Assembly (NCBI GenBank): GCA_012295275.1
Contig: CM022665.1
Coordinates: 45,446,001 to 45,510,000, forward strand
From: Chrysomallon squamiferum
Lineage: Eukaryota > Animalia > Mollusca
DNA length: 64,000 nt
Direction of reading: 5' to 3'
This document shows positions 14,532 through 26,428 of this stretch, in pieces. The number at the start of each line of letters is the position of its first letter. The first letter of the stretch is position 1. The position numbers and the translations under genes were made by a program. A model generated the notes under the pieces. The model worked only from the letters and a program-made list of their open reading frames with translations, searched no databases and was not told the DNA's origin.

Positions 14532-17500
14532 ATAAATGTTTAACAACACTGAATATTAGCTTTATTCAAACAATTATAAAACAATTATAAAGTAATTTTC
14601 TTATAATGAAAAAGATGGGCTGATTTCACTTTTAAAAGCAACAAAAATTCGATGCATAACTTATGGACTCCAAGAAAGTCTGATCCTGTTACTTTAACTC
14701 TTCCAAAAATATTGGTGACATGCAAATGTTGCTTTATGTTGAAGATGAATATTAAGAATTAACACTGTGATGAAAGAACGAAGTGAAGTTTACTGTACCT
14801 TGGCGGTCGAATGCTTGCTAGAAATATTTTCTTGAATGTGTTATCTGCTAGTCTGACCACAAGAGCATCTCCATTGACAACCTCAACCACCTTTAAATAA
14901 ACAAAAATAAAAATAAACCAAATAATTAATTTAATAATAATAATAATAATAATAATGATAATAATATTAATAAAGAATATAATAAATAATAAAAAAAATA
15001 AAATGTAAATAATAATAAACTGAAGAAAATCTCAAAATAAAATAACTAAAATAATAATAATAATAATAAGAATAAATAAGAATATAATAAAGACTAAAAA
15101 TATAAACAATAATAAACTGAAGAAAATCTCATAATAAAATATCTAAAATAATATTAATAATAATAATAATAATTAAAAAATAAAAATATGAACCATAATA
15201 AAGTGTAGAAAATTTCAAAATTCTATTTCAACTCGTCAATTTGAATACACATACATTTATTAAGAATGAAAGAACAAGAGATGAAAATCATCAAATTATA
15301 TAATTTATCCAAAATTTATTTATATGTAAGAAACAGAACATTTCAAATATTTTTTTATATATAATAAAATTAATAATTGCATCAAGCAGTGATGATAAAT
15401 TTCATAAATAAAAAAAAAAAAAAAAAAAAAATTAAAGACTAGAAAAAGGGGGAAAAACAACACAAAACAATCTAGCACCTTTCCACTATAGTTTTTATCT
15501 TTATGATCAATGTTGGAAGCTGATGGTTTATAGTCCTTCCATATCCTGAGTTTTTTCTCTTTGGCTATTCTGAAAAACAAAAAAAAAAAACAAACAAATG
15601 TTATTTTATTTCTGTCCAAACAGGTGACAATACAAGCGACTTGGGATGTATGTTAGTTATATGACTGTCTTTAATAAATTCCTAAAAAAATAAGTACTGA
15701 AGACAGCTACACAAACACACACACACACACACACACAATTAAATAAATAAATAAATAAATAATAAAATAATTAATTCTTATTATTTTTATTTTTTTTTTT
15801 AAATTATAAAAACACGAAAAAGAATAAATAAAAATAAATAAATAAATAAAATAGAAAAAAAAGAAAATATATATATATATATATATATATAAAAGAAAAG
15901 AACAGAAATAAAGTATCAATCCCTGATCTAAATTATAAACATTTTCTACAAGAAGAAAAGTTTTTCATTCCTTCTTTGATTTCCGTTTCTTGGAATTACA
16001 TCACATTAAAGACATTTTTTTTTTTTTTTACATCTGTATTCTGTTTAAAATAATACAGATTTAAATTTTTAAAATGAATGACTTACTTTTCTGCGGCTCT
16101 AAGTTTCTCTGCACCTTGTGACACTACTCCCATACTCCAGTCTACGCAGCGCGCAAACCCCTCCTTCAAAAGCAGCTCCCCTATGTTTCCATTCTGGAAA
16201 ATAAGCATGAATTAAAATCTTTTAAGTAAACAGAATAAATAAATAAATAATAATAAATAAATAAAAATTAAATAAATAAATAAATAAATAAAAATAAATA
16301 ATTAAAAAAAAAATGTAAATCCATATTTTAATACTGTAAAAAGTTTAATAAAAGAATGTTTCTCTTATTTAATACATTATTAAAACAATAATATTTATAT
16401 TCAATTAGACAGACAGATGAACAGATACAGATTTTTGTTTTATTTATCAGAATGTCTCCAAACCAATATTTTTCAAAAAAAAATTTATACTAGCAATTTT
16501 ATTTATTTTTAATTTAAAAAAACAAAAAAAATTTAAGAATTAAAAAAAAAAACACCACTGATGAAATTTATAAAATTAAACAGAAAAATTTATCAGGAAT
16601 TCTTCAGATGTGGACAGAAACTCACTGGGTGCATGACAGTGCCAAGTAGATTCTGGTTGGAAACTCCCTCCAGGATTATTTTCACATCTCTCTGCAGCAA
16701 TCTCGACTCTGTGAAGAATTTGGCCTCCTCAGCAAATGGTTCCGCGACTTGTTTTCCTTCATCGTCTTGTTTGAACATCGGACACTAACGAGGAGTTTAA
16801 AAACAGTTCATGATAAAGAAAGAAAGAAAGAAAAAAAAAAACATCACAATGCAGGAATAATTTTTTTTTTTAAATTAATAATTCAAAATAAAGAATAATT
16901 TGTGATAAAGAAATTTAAAAACAAATTTTGAAACAAATAATTTATGATAAATAAAAAAGATTTATCTCGAAGAAACAACAAAAATAAATCATGAAAAAGA
17001 AACAAAACCTTCATGACCAAGAAAAACAAAACTAATTAACAGTAAAAGAGACCAAAAAAATAATTCATGATAAAGACCCCCCAACAACAAAAAAATAATA
17101 ATAAAAAAAAATATATAAAAAAAAAAAGGCAGTAAGAGATGTATGATATTTTGTCAGTTTTTAAAAGTGAAATTTTTTGTGTGATATAAAAATAATTTTA
17201 TTTACTGTTTAGGGTTAATAAAACAAACAAACAAATTATACCTTTATTCCTGAAATCATCACTGTGACGTAGTGGAAACTCGGCAGAATAAACGCCCTCA
17301 CAGTGCACCCATCACGAACATGTTCAACAACGGCTACAAAATATTTAAAAAAATAAAAATAAACAAAAACAAACTCTTTAAATATCACGAATAAATAAAA
17401 CGAACAGTGTTGTGACAATTATAAACAATGAAAAAAAACAACAAAAAACCCCCATTAAAATCCCTCTTTCTTTACCAATTAATCACGATTTTAATTTTTT

Positions 17501-17982
17501 TTTTGTCAAGACCCTGTTGTCTTTCTCTCTCCGAGTCCTAGTGAATCTACCTTTCTCCTTTATTTTTTGTTCCTCCATTTTTAATTTTTTTTTTGTATCT
17601 CTCTATCCCACTATCTGACTATCTATCTCTCTCATCCTTTAACATTATCTGTTTCACCCCTCTATTTCTGTTCTTTATCACTGCTTAACCTATTATTAAT
17701 GTAACAGGTATTAAACATTCAGTTAATAATGACAGCTTAAATTAGAAAAAAAAAAAAAAAATTTTTTTTTAGTAAAATCTTCTAAAATAAAGTTACCATT
17801 AAGTGGTTTGTTATGATGTGAATCAACAAAGTTTCTGGGATTGTCAATTGTCCATTTGATGTCTCTGATATGCTCATTTGCATCTGGCGCCCATTTTCCC
17901 TTCCCAGCATTCTTTGCCATTTCTTCCAGCTGTATTAGTTTCTGCTGGTTTGGGCTGTAAATATATAAAATAAATGAATAAA

Positions 17983-18054
<72 letters not shown>

Positions 18055-19428
18055 TTCAATTTTATTTTTTTTTTTTTTTAAAAAGATTTAAAATAAATAA
18101 CTATATATCTATTTTTAAAAAAATAAATGAATATAAATAATAAAAATGAAAATAAACATTAATCATTTATTAATGAAATAAAGGTTTAATGATATTTCAA
18201 AGAAAAATTGAAATGGTGTTACTAGAGAAACAATGAATTATTAGTTAATAGTTTATGTTTCTAAAGCACTATTTATATTATAAATGGTTAATTACAACAT
18301 CAGTGAAGAATTCAAAGAAATTAAAAAAATTAAAAATGGATGGTACTTTTACATTTTACAACATTTGTAAAAACAACAAATTAATCACAAAATTAACAAT
18401 GATGGTATTTTCATGTTTAACAACACATGTAAAAACTACAAAGTTAATCAGAATTAAAAAGTAATATTTTTGTGCATTTTACAGCATGTGTAAAAATTAC
18501 AAGTTCCTGAGGAAATTAAAAGTGATGGTATTTTTGTCATGTTTGCGGTCATTACTCACTCGTCTGATTTTAAACCTCCTCTTCTGACTTCCACCAAGCC
18601 ACTAGTAATCATCATTTCTGTCATATTTTCACCATTTGTATCTGTAACCATAGACACTGCTTATTTAATATACTAACAAAATGGTGTTAAGGCATAAAAA
18701 AAAAACATTTGTAATTTTGAAAATAAAATTAAAATTAAAAAATGAACTGAAAAGCTGTTACATAAAAAAATCTTTACTAATATAGTATACTCATCTATGG
18801 TACTTCTATTATAATTATTTGAAAAGTCTAATTTGTTATCAACATTTATTAATTTCATTTAGCTAACTGAATTGAAAACCAGTTATAAATATGATAGCCA
18901 ATAAAACCATAATGAGGTTGTTTGTTTGTTTGTTTTAAAATGGAAAATATTCCTAAAGAATTAAAAAATTTAATACCTGTACCTGATTTTTTAACCTGTT
19001 TATGGCTAAGCTTATTTTTTGAAAATGTTACTTTTAATATCAGTTTGTTTAGTAAAAAAAAATTATTAATTTTTTATATTTAAAAATATATATATATTTT
19101 TTTTTTTTAAAAAGAGAAATATTGCTAAAGAACGGTTATACTTACTCCTCCCATATTTGAAGATTGTTACTTTTTAATCAAGATTTATAAATGATTAATA
19201 TCTATATAAAAACAATTATTTCAAGTACACCAAAACAATAAATTAATAGTAGTTTGTATTTTTAACCTTTGCCGAGATAGACACAGCCATATTCTCTGCC
19301 AGTACCAGGGGCTTTGTACTCCACAGTGAAAACAACTTCTCGACCGATGAGTTTCTTCCGCAAAAGTTCCCTTGCTTCCCAAGCAAAAGGCTGTGAAATA
19401 GAAATAGATCAAGAAATTTCCTTTCTAT

Positions 19429-19477
<49 letters not shown>

Positions 19478-21773
19478 ATCTCTCTATCTATATATATATA
19501 ATTAAAAACATATATGAAGCATATGTTAAAAAAATTGTCAAAAAATCATTTAAAATACTCTTCCATATTTATTTGAAGGTTACTTTTATATTTATACATT
19601 TATCATTGTTCTTTAAATAATTTTTGTTGTTTTTTTAAATTAATTTAATTTAATGCCAACTGACAGGATCTCTATATCAACAAAATTATATTTTTAATTA
19701 TTGAAAAATTTTCTCAGGCCAATTTTATTGAAGTCATATACTATCTGGCATTGTACAACTCCTACATTCACATGGTATCATGCAAAAAAAAAATTACATT
19801 ATGTGTAGGATATATCCAGTTGTTCTTAAATACCAAAACAATTTTATTTATGACTTAAAAAGTAGGTATCAGATGAAAGATTTAATAGTGCAGAAATAAG
19901 TATTATTTAGCTTTATAGAAACAAGTTTCAAAATAATGAATATTTATTCATTTCATACACTACTTACTGTTGAGTATATCAAACTTAATAAATGTTACAA
20001 ATTTTTTTTCTAATGTTTCAAACTTAAAATGTGAAATGCACTGGGTAAGAAATTTAATAAAACCAACACACCTCACAACAACAACAACTTACATTAAAGA
20101 TAAACAAAAAATCATTTTTGGTTTTTGAATACTTTCTTTGAAACTAAAATGTTATACATTAAAAATAATTAAAAAAATATATATAAAAGAATATAATGAA
20201 ATTTAAAAAAAAAAAAATTATAATAAAAATAAACAAATATAAATGAATATAATAATTCAAAAAAAAAAAATATAAATAAATATAAAATAAAACAAAGTAA
20301 ATTATTATAATAATAAATAAATAAAAACAAATTAAATACAAACTCAAAAAGAAAAAACAAAACCAACAATAAAAAAAAAATTAAAATTAAAATTAAAAAT
20401 AAATAAAATAACAGTTTGTGTTCAGTAACCTCATCTTTGGTTTCTGAAGATCCTTCCACATTAGGATTGGCTCTCCTTGCTAGTTTGGGTGCCTGAATGT
20501 TTGAGAAGCAAACTGTGCGTTCTGGAGGAGGACCACCTCTTGGCTGACCTCGTATAACAACAGCATCCCCTGACAACACCTAACAGTAAATAAATAAATA
20601 AATAAATTGAATAAATAAATAAATAAATAAATAGAATAATGTGTGTGTATGTATGTGTGTGTGTGTGTGTGTGTGTGAGCGTGTGTGTGCGAGTGCGTGT
20701 GCGAGTGTGTGTAGGAGGAGTGTGCGTGTGTGTAAGTGTGCATGTGTGTGAGTGCATGTGCATGTGCATGTGTGTGTAAGTGTGTGCATGTGTCAGTGTG
20801 TGTGTGCGAGTGTGTGTGCATGTGTCAGTGTGTGTGTGCGTGACGATATTTTGGCCCAATATGCTGGCCGTACTTGTATTTAATTTCTTTCTTTATATTA
20901 AAGCTAATAATTTTAATAAATCACTTATCCTTATTTACGAGATGTTAAATTTAATTGGCAAAGAAATCCAAAAAGTCTCACAGTGATGGGTTGTCATGGG
21001 AAACCACCTGATCAAATTGTGAACTGAGGGGTTTTTTTTTTATATAAATCTTGGCATTACTGGAAATACTCACACTGATGTATGATTGTTAGTGAAAATC
21101 CTCTGCTTAAGAATGCAGCTAATTAATTCTATTTAGTGATTTAATTTATAAAATACATTTCCTTAAAACTCACAATTATAATTCATCCTATTCCAAAAAT
21201 ACTTGTTAAAAATTGATTTCTAAATTCTGTTAACAATAAAAGAAATTTTTTAATTTGTTTCTAATCTTTTCCTTTTTTTAATTTTTTTTAAATAATAATT
21301 TAAAAAATCGAAGTGACAAATTTTGACAGGATTTAAACTGATAAATAAATAAATAAATATTATATATATTTTTTAATGTTCGTAAATTATTAAGAATTAT
21401 TTTATTATTAAATTATTAATTTTTTTAAAAACTTTTCAACTCTAAAAAAATGTATTATAAAAACAACAAAAAAAAAAAAAAAAAAAAAAAAAAGAAAGAA
21501 GAAAAAAAAAAAACTGGAATAGCCACATCATCAAATCAAATGAATAATTAATTTACTTACAGGACAGGTGCCAGTTCAATTTAATTTACTATTTAGTGTC
21601 TCTGATAGTGAAATAAAAATATTTTTGGAAATATAACAAAACACTATTAAAATGTTTGAAAAGATATGGCAGAAGGTCAAATTACGTGATGAGTACTCAG
21701 TTTGTGTCAGATTTAAGAAATATTTTACCTGTTTCACTATCCCACGATTAACAGCTGGCGGCTGGATACTCAT
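3988..21773 (-). CDS. SND1: Staphylococcal nuclease domain-containing protein 1 (Tudor-SN/p100), 22 coding exons, ~895 aa
   Basis: Hand-spliced GT-AG exons: 21773-21729, 20579-20430, 19390-19267, 18641-18560, 17954-17797, 17333-17242, 16784-16626, 16193-16087, 15569-15479, 14890-14799, 13896-13770, 13314-13232, 12623-12440, 11522-11391 (disrupted), 10619-10507, 9126-8938, 8482-8344, 7757-7631, 7277-7211, 6494-6387, 4984-4739, 4053-3988. Phases agree at all junctions except exon 14. Hallmark peptides: [53 protein letters not shown], Tudor CAARF..WYRG..FIDYGN, C-terminal [16 protein letters not shown]. Confidence 0.97.
4420..4680. repeat. ~97-bp tandem repeat, ~2.7 copies (SND1 last intron)
   Basis: aaaatttaa..gaaaattacaag..aacaaaacct..tacctcaaagaatattt repeated. 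Confidence 0.8.
4739..4984 (-). CDS. SND1: SND1 exon 21 (SN5)
   Basis: [11 protein letters not shown]...LLLNVEY...[40 protein letters not shown]. Confidence 0.95.
4985..5675. repeat. Minisatellite, ~60-78-bp unit, ~10 copies, abutting the exon 21 acceptor
   Basis: tgtaacaacagttatttgtaaattaataattctcttgtatgacttcatattaaaaaa recurring. Confidence 0.92.
6387..6494 (-). CDS. SND1: SND1 exon 20
   Basis: [36 protein letters not shown]; donor gtaagt. Confidence 0.92.
6497..7020. repeat. (TAA/TAG)n compound microsatellite
   Basis: Direct reading. Confidence 0.9.
7211..7277 (-). CDS. SND1: SND1 exon 19 (Tudor)
   Basis: [22 protein letters not shown]. Confidence 0.95.
7631..7757 (-). CDS. SND1: SND1 exon 18 (Tudor N-part)
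   Basis: [12 protein letters not shown]...[26 protein letters not shown]. Confidence 0.95.
8344..8482 (-). CDS. SND1: SND1 exon 17
   Basis: IWSTYEEPK...[28 protein letters not shown]. Confidence 0.94.
8938..9126 (-). CDS. SND1: SND1 exon 16
   Basis: [44 protein letters not shown]. Confidence 0.96.
9533..10505. repeat. Minisatellite, ~89-91-bp unit, ~10 copies, abutting the exon 15 donor
   Basis: aacaggaaagactg..gaattcttgcatgttacatattaaatgtatttaact..cttctaatgttaggaactgtgtgaaattt recurring. Confidence 0.95.
10507..10619 (-). CDS. SND1: SND1 exon 15
   Basis: [38 protein letters not shown]. Confidence 0.95.
10630..11150. repeat. (AAT)n-rich microsatellite
   Basis: Direct reading. Confidence 0.9.
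11391..11522 (-). CDS. SND1: SND1 exon 14, frameshifted/corrupted as given
   Basis: Expected SND1 peptides KAKQF, LPFLQ and [15 protein letters not shown] are present but not in one frame. Length is 132 nt where the flanking phases require 3n+1. Confidence 0.85.
12440..12623 (-). CDS. SND1: SND1 exon 13
   Basis: [29 protein letters not shown]...HRVADIAG. Confidence 0.96.
13232..13314 (-). CDS. SND1: SND1 exon 12
   Basis: [27 protein letters not shown]. Confidence 0.94.
13770..13896 (-). CDS. SND1: SND1 exon 11
   Basis: LPQEAG...[24 protein letters not shown]. Confidence 0.95.
14799..14890 (-). CDS. SND1: SND1 exon 10 (SN3 start)
   Basis: [31 protein letters not shown]. Confidence 0.95.
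15479..15569 (-). CDS. SND1: SND1 exon 9
   Basis: [30 protein letters not shown]. Confidence 0.93.
16087..16193 (-). CDS. SND1: SND1 exon 8
   Basis: [35 protein letters not shown]. Confidence 0.95.
16626..16784 (-). CDS. SND1: SND1 exon 7
   Basis: CPMFK...[39 protein letters not shown]. Confidence 0.95.
17242..17333 (-). CDS. SND1: SND1 exon 6 (SN2 start)
   Basis: [31 protein letters not shown]. Confidence 0.95.
17797..17954 (-). CDS. SND1: SND1 exon 5
   Basis: [21 protein letters not shown]...[15 protein letters not shown]. Confidence 0.93.
18560..18641 (-). CDS. SND1: SND1 exon 4
   Basis: [27 protein letters not shown]; donor gtgagt. Confidence 0.92.
19267..19390 (-). CDS. SND1: SND1 exon 3
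   Basis: [41 protein letters not shown]. Confidence 0.95.
20430..20579 (-). CDS. SND1: SND1 exon 2 (SN1 domain)
   Basis: [36 protein letters not shown]...KDE; ag/gt bounded, 150 nt. Confidence 0.95.
20990..21004. promoter_or_regulatory. Candidate RFX X-box (GTTGTC ATG GGAAAC) in SND1 intron 1, ~1.2 kb upstream of TMEM216 ATG
   Basis: Motif match, and the adjacent gene belongs to a ciliary family typically under RFX control. Confidence 0.45.
21729..21773 (-). CDS. SND1: SND1 coding exon 1 ([15 protein letters not shown])
   Basis: ATG at 21773, donor CAG|gtaaaa; joins in frame to VLSGD. Confidence 0.9.
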
Positions 21774-22192
21774 GCTGCTTACATTGAGAAATGGTGACCG
21801 GAAAAGAAAGTTCGTGGAAAGTCACGTGATTATTGTTGTTTTTAATTTGTAGGCCTTTCTTGCTTAAGAGTTTTATTGATATATTTATGAATGAGATTCC
21901 AATAATTGTCAGATCTGCTGTCTGATGATAATTAATATTGTGAAATAGTTAATGATTTTACCGAAAAAATATTCCTTGATGATGTGGCGACTTATACTGT
22001 TTAATACCGCATAAAACAAATATTATGGGTATTTTTATTTTTTTTAAAAAAAAAAAGAGAGTAACAAACATATATCGTTGCGTAAGTTTTTATTAATTAT
22101 AAAATATTTTAATTTCCTAATATTTTAATAAAAAATTACAAATGTATTATTATTTTCTTTTTTACTATTACCGCAGTAAATGAGAAGGCAAA
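21774..22192. promoter_or_regulatory. Bidirectional (head-to-head) promoter region of SND1/TMEM216
   Basis: The two start codons are 420 bp apart and divergent. ETS-like CCGGAA at ~21798, E-box TCACGTGA at ~21822, YY1/Kozak-like AAAATGGCG at the TMEM216 ATG. Probable 5'UTR intron 22082-22176 (gtaagt...ccgcag). Confidence 0.75.
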
Positions 22193-22562
22193 ATGGCGAC
22201 AACCACTGGTCAGGCAACTCGTCCGAAGAATCCCCGTGGTAATTGTTTTGAATGAAATAATAATATTTTTCTTACACTGCTTTAGTCTTGTTTATTTTTC
22301 TTTGCAATAATATCTAGCAATTAATAAAAACAGGATGACAGATCATATCATTTGATAACGCATCAGTGTTGCTAATGAAGCTTAAACTAAAGCTCTTTTC
22401 TGTCAAGTACAGACTTGTACAGTGTACATTAAGGCCGGTCTGATAATCCAGACGAACACATTTAGCGATTGATGGGGGGGGGAAGAAAGGAAAATAAATG
22501 TTTATATATATATATATATAAACACATACAAACACATGCAGAATTTGTTCAGTCCTTGTTTC

Positions 22563-22612
<50 letters not shown>

Positions 22613-24148
22613 TTTTATTCTTTTTTTTTCCAGTTATATCAACAAGTGTATCCTTTTGGAACTTCAGCAAACTAATGAATGTGTTTTAAAAGAGATTTCT
22701 ACTTTCGTATTAAAAGTTGTTAATATTTATAGAAGTTATAGTTTATTTGTAGATGTATAAATGGTAAGAAATGTGTTACAGAAAATGCTGTTTGCTACAT
22801 CTAGCAGATTGTAATCATTTATTCAAATTTCAAATTTATCCATTATTTGATTATATAGTTGAAAACAAGTTTAGATAATAAATTCTAGAATTTACTAAAT
22901 AATGTTGAATACACATTTTGAATTATATATCAAAACTAAATTTAAATTTGCAACCAGAATTTAGAAATAATTATTATAATTTTATTGTATTTTTTTCAAA
23001 ATATATTTCCAGTTATTATGTTCTTTTTAATGAAATGATTTCAGTTATAACAAAATGTCCATTGTACAACAAAACCTATCTGCCATAATTGTATGAAATT
23101 TTTCAGAAATTTATCATCTGTTTAATTTCTAAATATAATAATCTTATTCTTAACACTGGATAAATAATATACAGAGTACAGCATTTGGTATATTTAAATA
23201 TGTTTATTTACACAATATAAATCCTTAATATTGTTCCAGAAATCATCTTTGCCATATCAAATTATTTTGTATCTCAATGGCTTCTATTTTGCCTTTTTCT
23301 TTGTTGCTGAACTGCTTATCTATGTTTTTAAAGGTAAGATTACACATCATTTTGTCTTTGTTAAATTCCTTGCTTTCAGTTATTGTATATATTTTTTTAA
23401 AACAATTTAATGATGAAGATAACTAAATTGATATGTGCTTAGATTCTGATTTGCTTATTTATGTTTTTACTGTGTATCTGTGTGCTGGTATGCTGGGTAA
23501 AATTGTATGTCTATATATCTGGTTATATCTCTGTGAATTATTATTAACAGTAATATCACTAATAATGACTCAGTTTTCCATGCAAAAATGAAAATAAATC
23601 AGCCAGTCAGTAAACAAATTGTTTTTTTTTTTTTTTTTTCCAGGTGAAACTTTACCATATGCTACAAATGCTTTAGCTGCAGAAATTATTCTCATTTTTA
23701 TGCTGGCAGGACTGGAAGTGCTCCGACTTTTTATGGGTGAGATATTTTATTGTATTTTAAAATGTTACCAAGTATTAAAAAAAAAAAATTTAAATTAATT
23801 AATATTATTATTATTATTACTGATTTTAAAACTAACCTGATAGTTCTTCATGGAACTGTAATAACATTTATATAATTTTTTTAAATTATTATTATTATTA
23901 TTCACATTTTCACATATTTTTTAATTTTATTTACAGGAGCAAAAGGTAACCTGACAGAAAGTGCTATAGGAGTTGTTATGTGTCTTCTGCTCACTCTGCC
24001 AGCTTTGTTTGGTGCCCTGTTTGTTTTGCTGTGGCAGACGTACGTACTCCGAATTGATGTCATTCTAGCAGCCATTCAGCTCGCGTTCATTGGACTTGAA
24101 CTCATTTTCAGCATCATCTCGTGTATAACCTTTGCAAGCCAGTCTTGA
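22193..24148 (+). CDS. TMEM216: Transmembrane protein 216-like (TMEM17/80/216 family, ciliary transition zone, MKS module), ~152 aa
   Basis: Exons 22193-22238, (22634-22647 microexon, inferred), 23240-23333, 23644-23736, 23937-24148. Translation includes KSSLPYQIILYLNGFYF..ELLIYVFKGETLPY..GLEVLRLFMGAKGNLTE..LLWQTYVLRIDVIL..GLELIF, matching the family motifs SS.P, KG..LPY, KGNL and QTYVLR, with four hydrophobic segments. Absent from the ORF track. Confidence 0.9.
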
Positions 24149-24551
24149 TTCTGAAAAACCTGACGTGGTTACAATTTTGTCTACCATTCTAGTTTAAATC
24201 AGGTCACAAATTGTTTGCAGCCTTGCTTATTCATCAGGAATCAGGAATACGATTCTTTCTTAAGAGGTTGTTTAACAAGTAGAAGAAAAAAAAACTGTGT
24301 TCGTTAAATCAAGCTGCATTTTTGTTTTCTACAAACAACAGTTGTGAATAGTTTTCTTACTATAATGGCCACAGGTAATGGTTATTATTAATAGATAATG
24401 TAACCAAAATATGATACAGTCATGAATATTTTATATTTGTAAAACAAGTGACTAGAACTCCAGCTATTTTTGTACATACTGTAATATTATATTCTGCATA
24501 TATTTATTAATTTTGTTTTTCAGATTTGTTTATTGTTATTTTTTAATTTGT

Positions 24552-24590
<39 letters not shown>

Positions 24591-25470
24591 TTAAGTTGTG
24601 TTGTAAAATCATTAGAAGAAAGTGACAGATACGACTGTATTCGTAAAGTAAATAAATTCCATCCAGAGCTTATTTATAAAACTATTTATTTTTCATTTTA
24701 ATGACTTAATATTTGTTATTAAATAAATATGTTTGTACTATTTATGTATTTAATTATTTTCTGTTAAAGGTTCAGCATCTTGTTTTCTAAAATATGTTTT
24801 TCTATTATTTTAACATGTATATGTGTGTGTAAATGCATGCATGTATGTATACAAACATACAGTTAGACTATATGACACCTGCTCACCCAATGCTGTAATT
24901 CACTTCTCTTTTTGAAATGTATGAATATTGTCACATGAACATTAGAATCTAAATTTTATATTTAATTTTTAGATACAATTTTTATATCTTTTTTTGTTTT
25001 CCATTTATAAATTTTTTAAATATTTTTTTCATTTTGTTTAAACTTGTCAGAGTTGAATTTTATAAATGATGAAGATTATTAAAATTAAATATCTGTCAGT
25101 AACTATTTATTATCATAATCTTCATGTTCATCACTCAAATTCAGATGCATTTATTCATGAACAGCAACATGTGTTTTTCATTTAATATTCCTTCTGATAT
25201 TTCCACCCATATAGTGCCTTCTTTTTTACACTGGTTTCACCCTCCTACAGAAAAGTTCACTTTTTTCCTGGTAATGTCTGTAATCCTAATTCAGCTGGAA
25301 TACAGTTAATAAAATCCCTTCTACAGTTTTTAATACTTGTAAAAATATAATATTTTTCTACATTTCTCTTTTTTATAAAATGTATATATGTATGTGCATG
25401 TATTTTGTATTTTAAGTAATTGTCCTTTGTCCATCCAAATATTCATAAAAAATGAAACAAAAACAATAAG

Positions 25471-25509
<39 letters not shown>

Positions 25510-26386
25510 ATTAAAATTAAGTTCAGTCATGTGGTGCTACTTCAGTTAATTCTGGTTTGACTGTATGGACAGACACCTAACCCCCAAGAGTTTGTATAGT
25601 CTAGCTGGACTATTTTAAAACAAAAATCACACACACACACACACATACATACACACATTAATACACACACACACATATATATATTATTAAAAAAAATAAG
25701 TAAATTAAGAATGTATTAAAAAAACAAAACAAACAAAAAACAACAACCAATCAACGATCGAGACCAAAGTTTATTAATATTTACTAATAAAATAACAAAC
25801 TTAAAAAGAATGCTACAAACTATTTCTTTAAAATAATAATAATAATAAAATGAGGTCATGACTTAAAATGTTAGGCCATATTCATGACAGCAGTATTATA
25901 AACAACAAATCAGTTCTAATGTATTGCTTATTATTAATGCAGGTTTCGGTCCGATATAAAACTAATTTTCTGTTATTTCCTGAATACCATTCAGACATTT
26001 GTAGAAATTATAATCTGCTGTAGTAGCGATTGACCTAAATATAGAAGTTAACGGCAGTCTCGAAACACGTGACTTGGAACGATATATAGTTATCTAATTC
26101 TTTATGGCAATTTATTTTTTCATTAAAAACATGAAAAATAAAATCAATTGTTTGTTATCATTATTTAAAAGATTAATATATCAACTTAAAAAATAAGAAA
26201 AAAATATTTGTTCATGGGAAACTTAAAAATGTGTATAAAATAGTTATATATTTGTGTAACCTTTATACAAACAAAATAAACTGGAATGAAAAAAACCCAA
26301 CTCTCCCCCAGACATTATGATCATTTTGGTTATTTCCAGATGAATTTTATTTTATTTTTTGAATTAATTAATTAATTAATTAATTA

Positions 26387-26428
<42 letters not shown>

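Noticed and set aside
3988-21773. Calling SND1 a pseudogene
   Set aside because: 21 of 22 exons have intact frames and splice sites, and the single lesion looks like a local consensus error.
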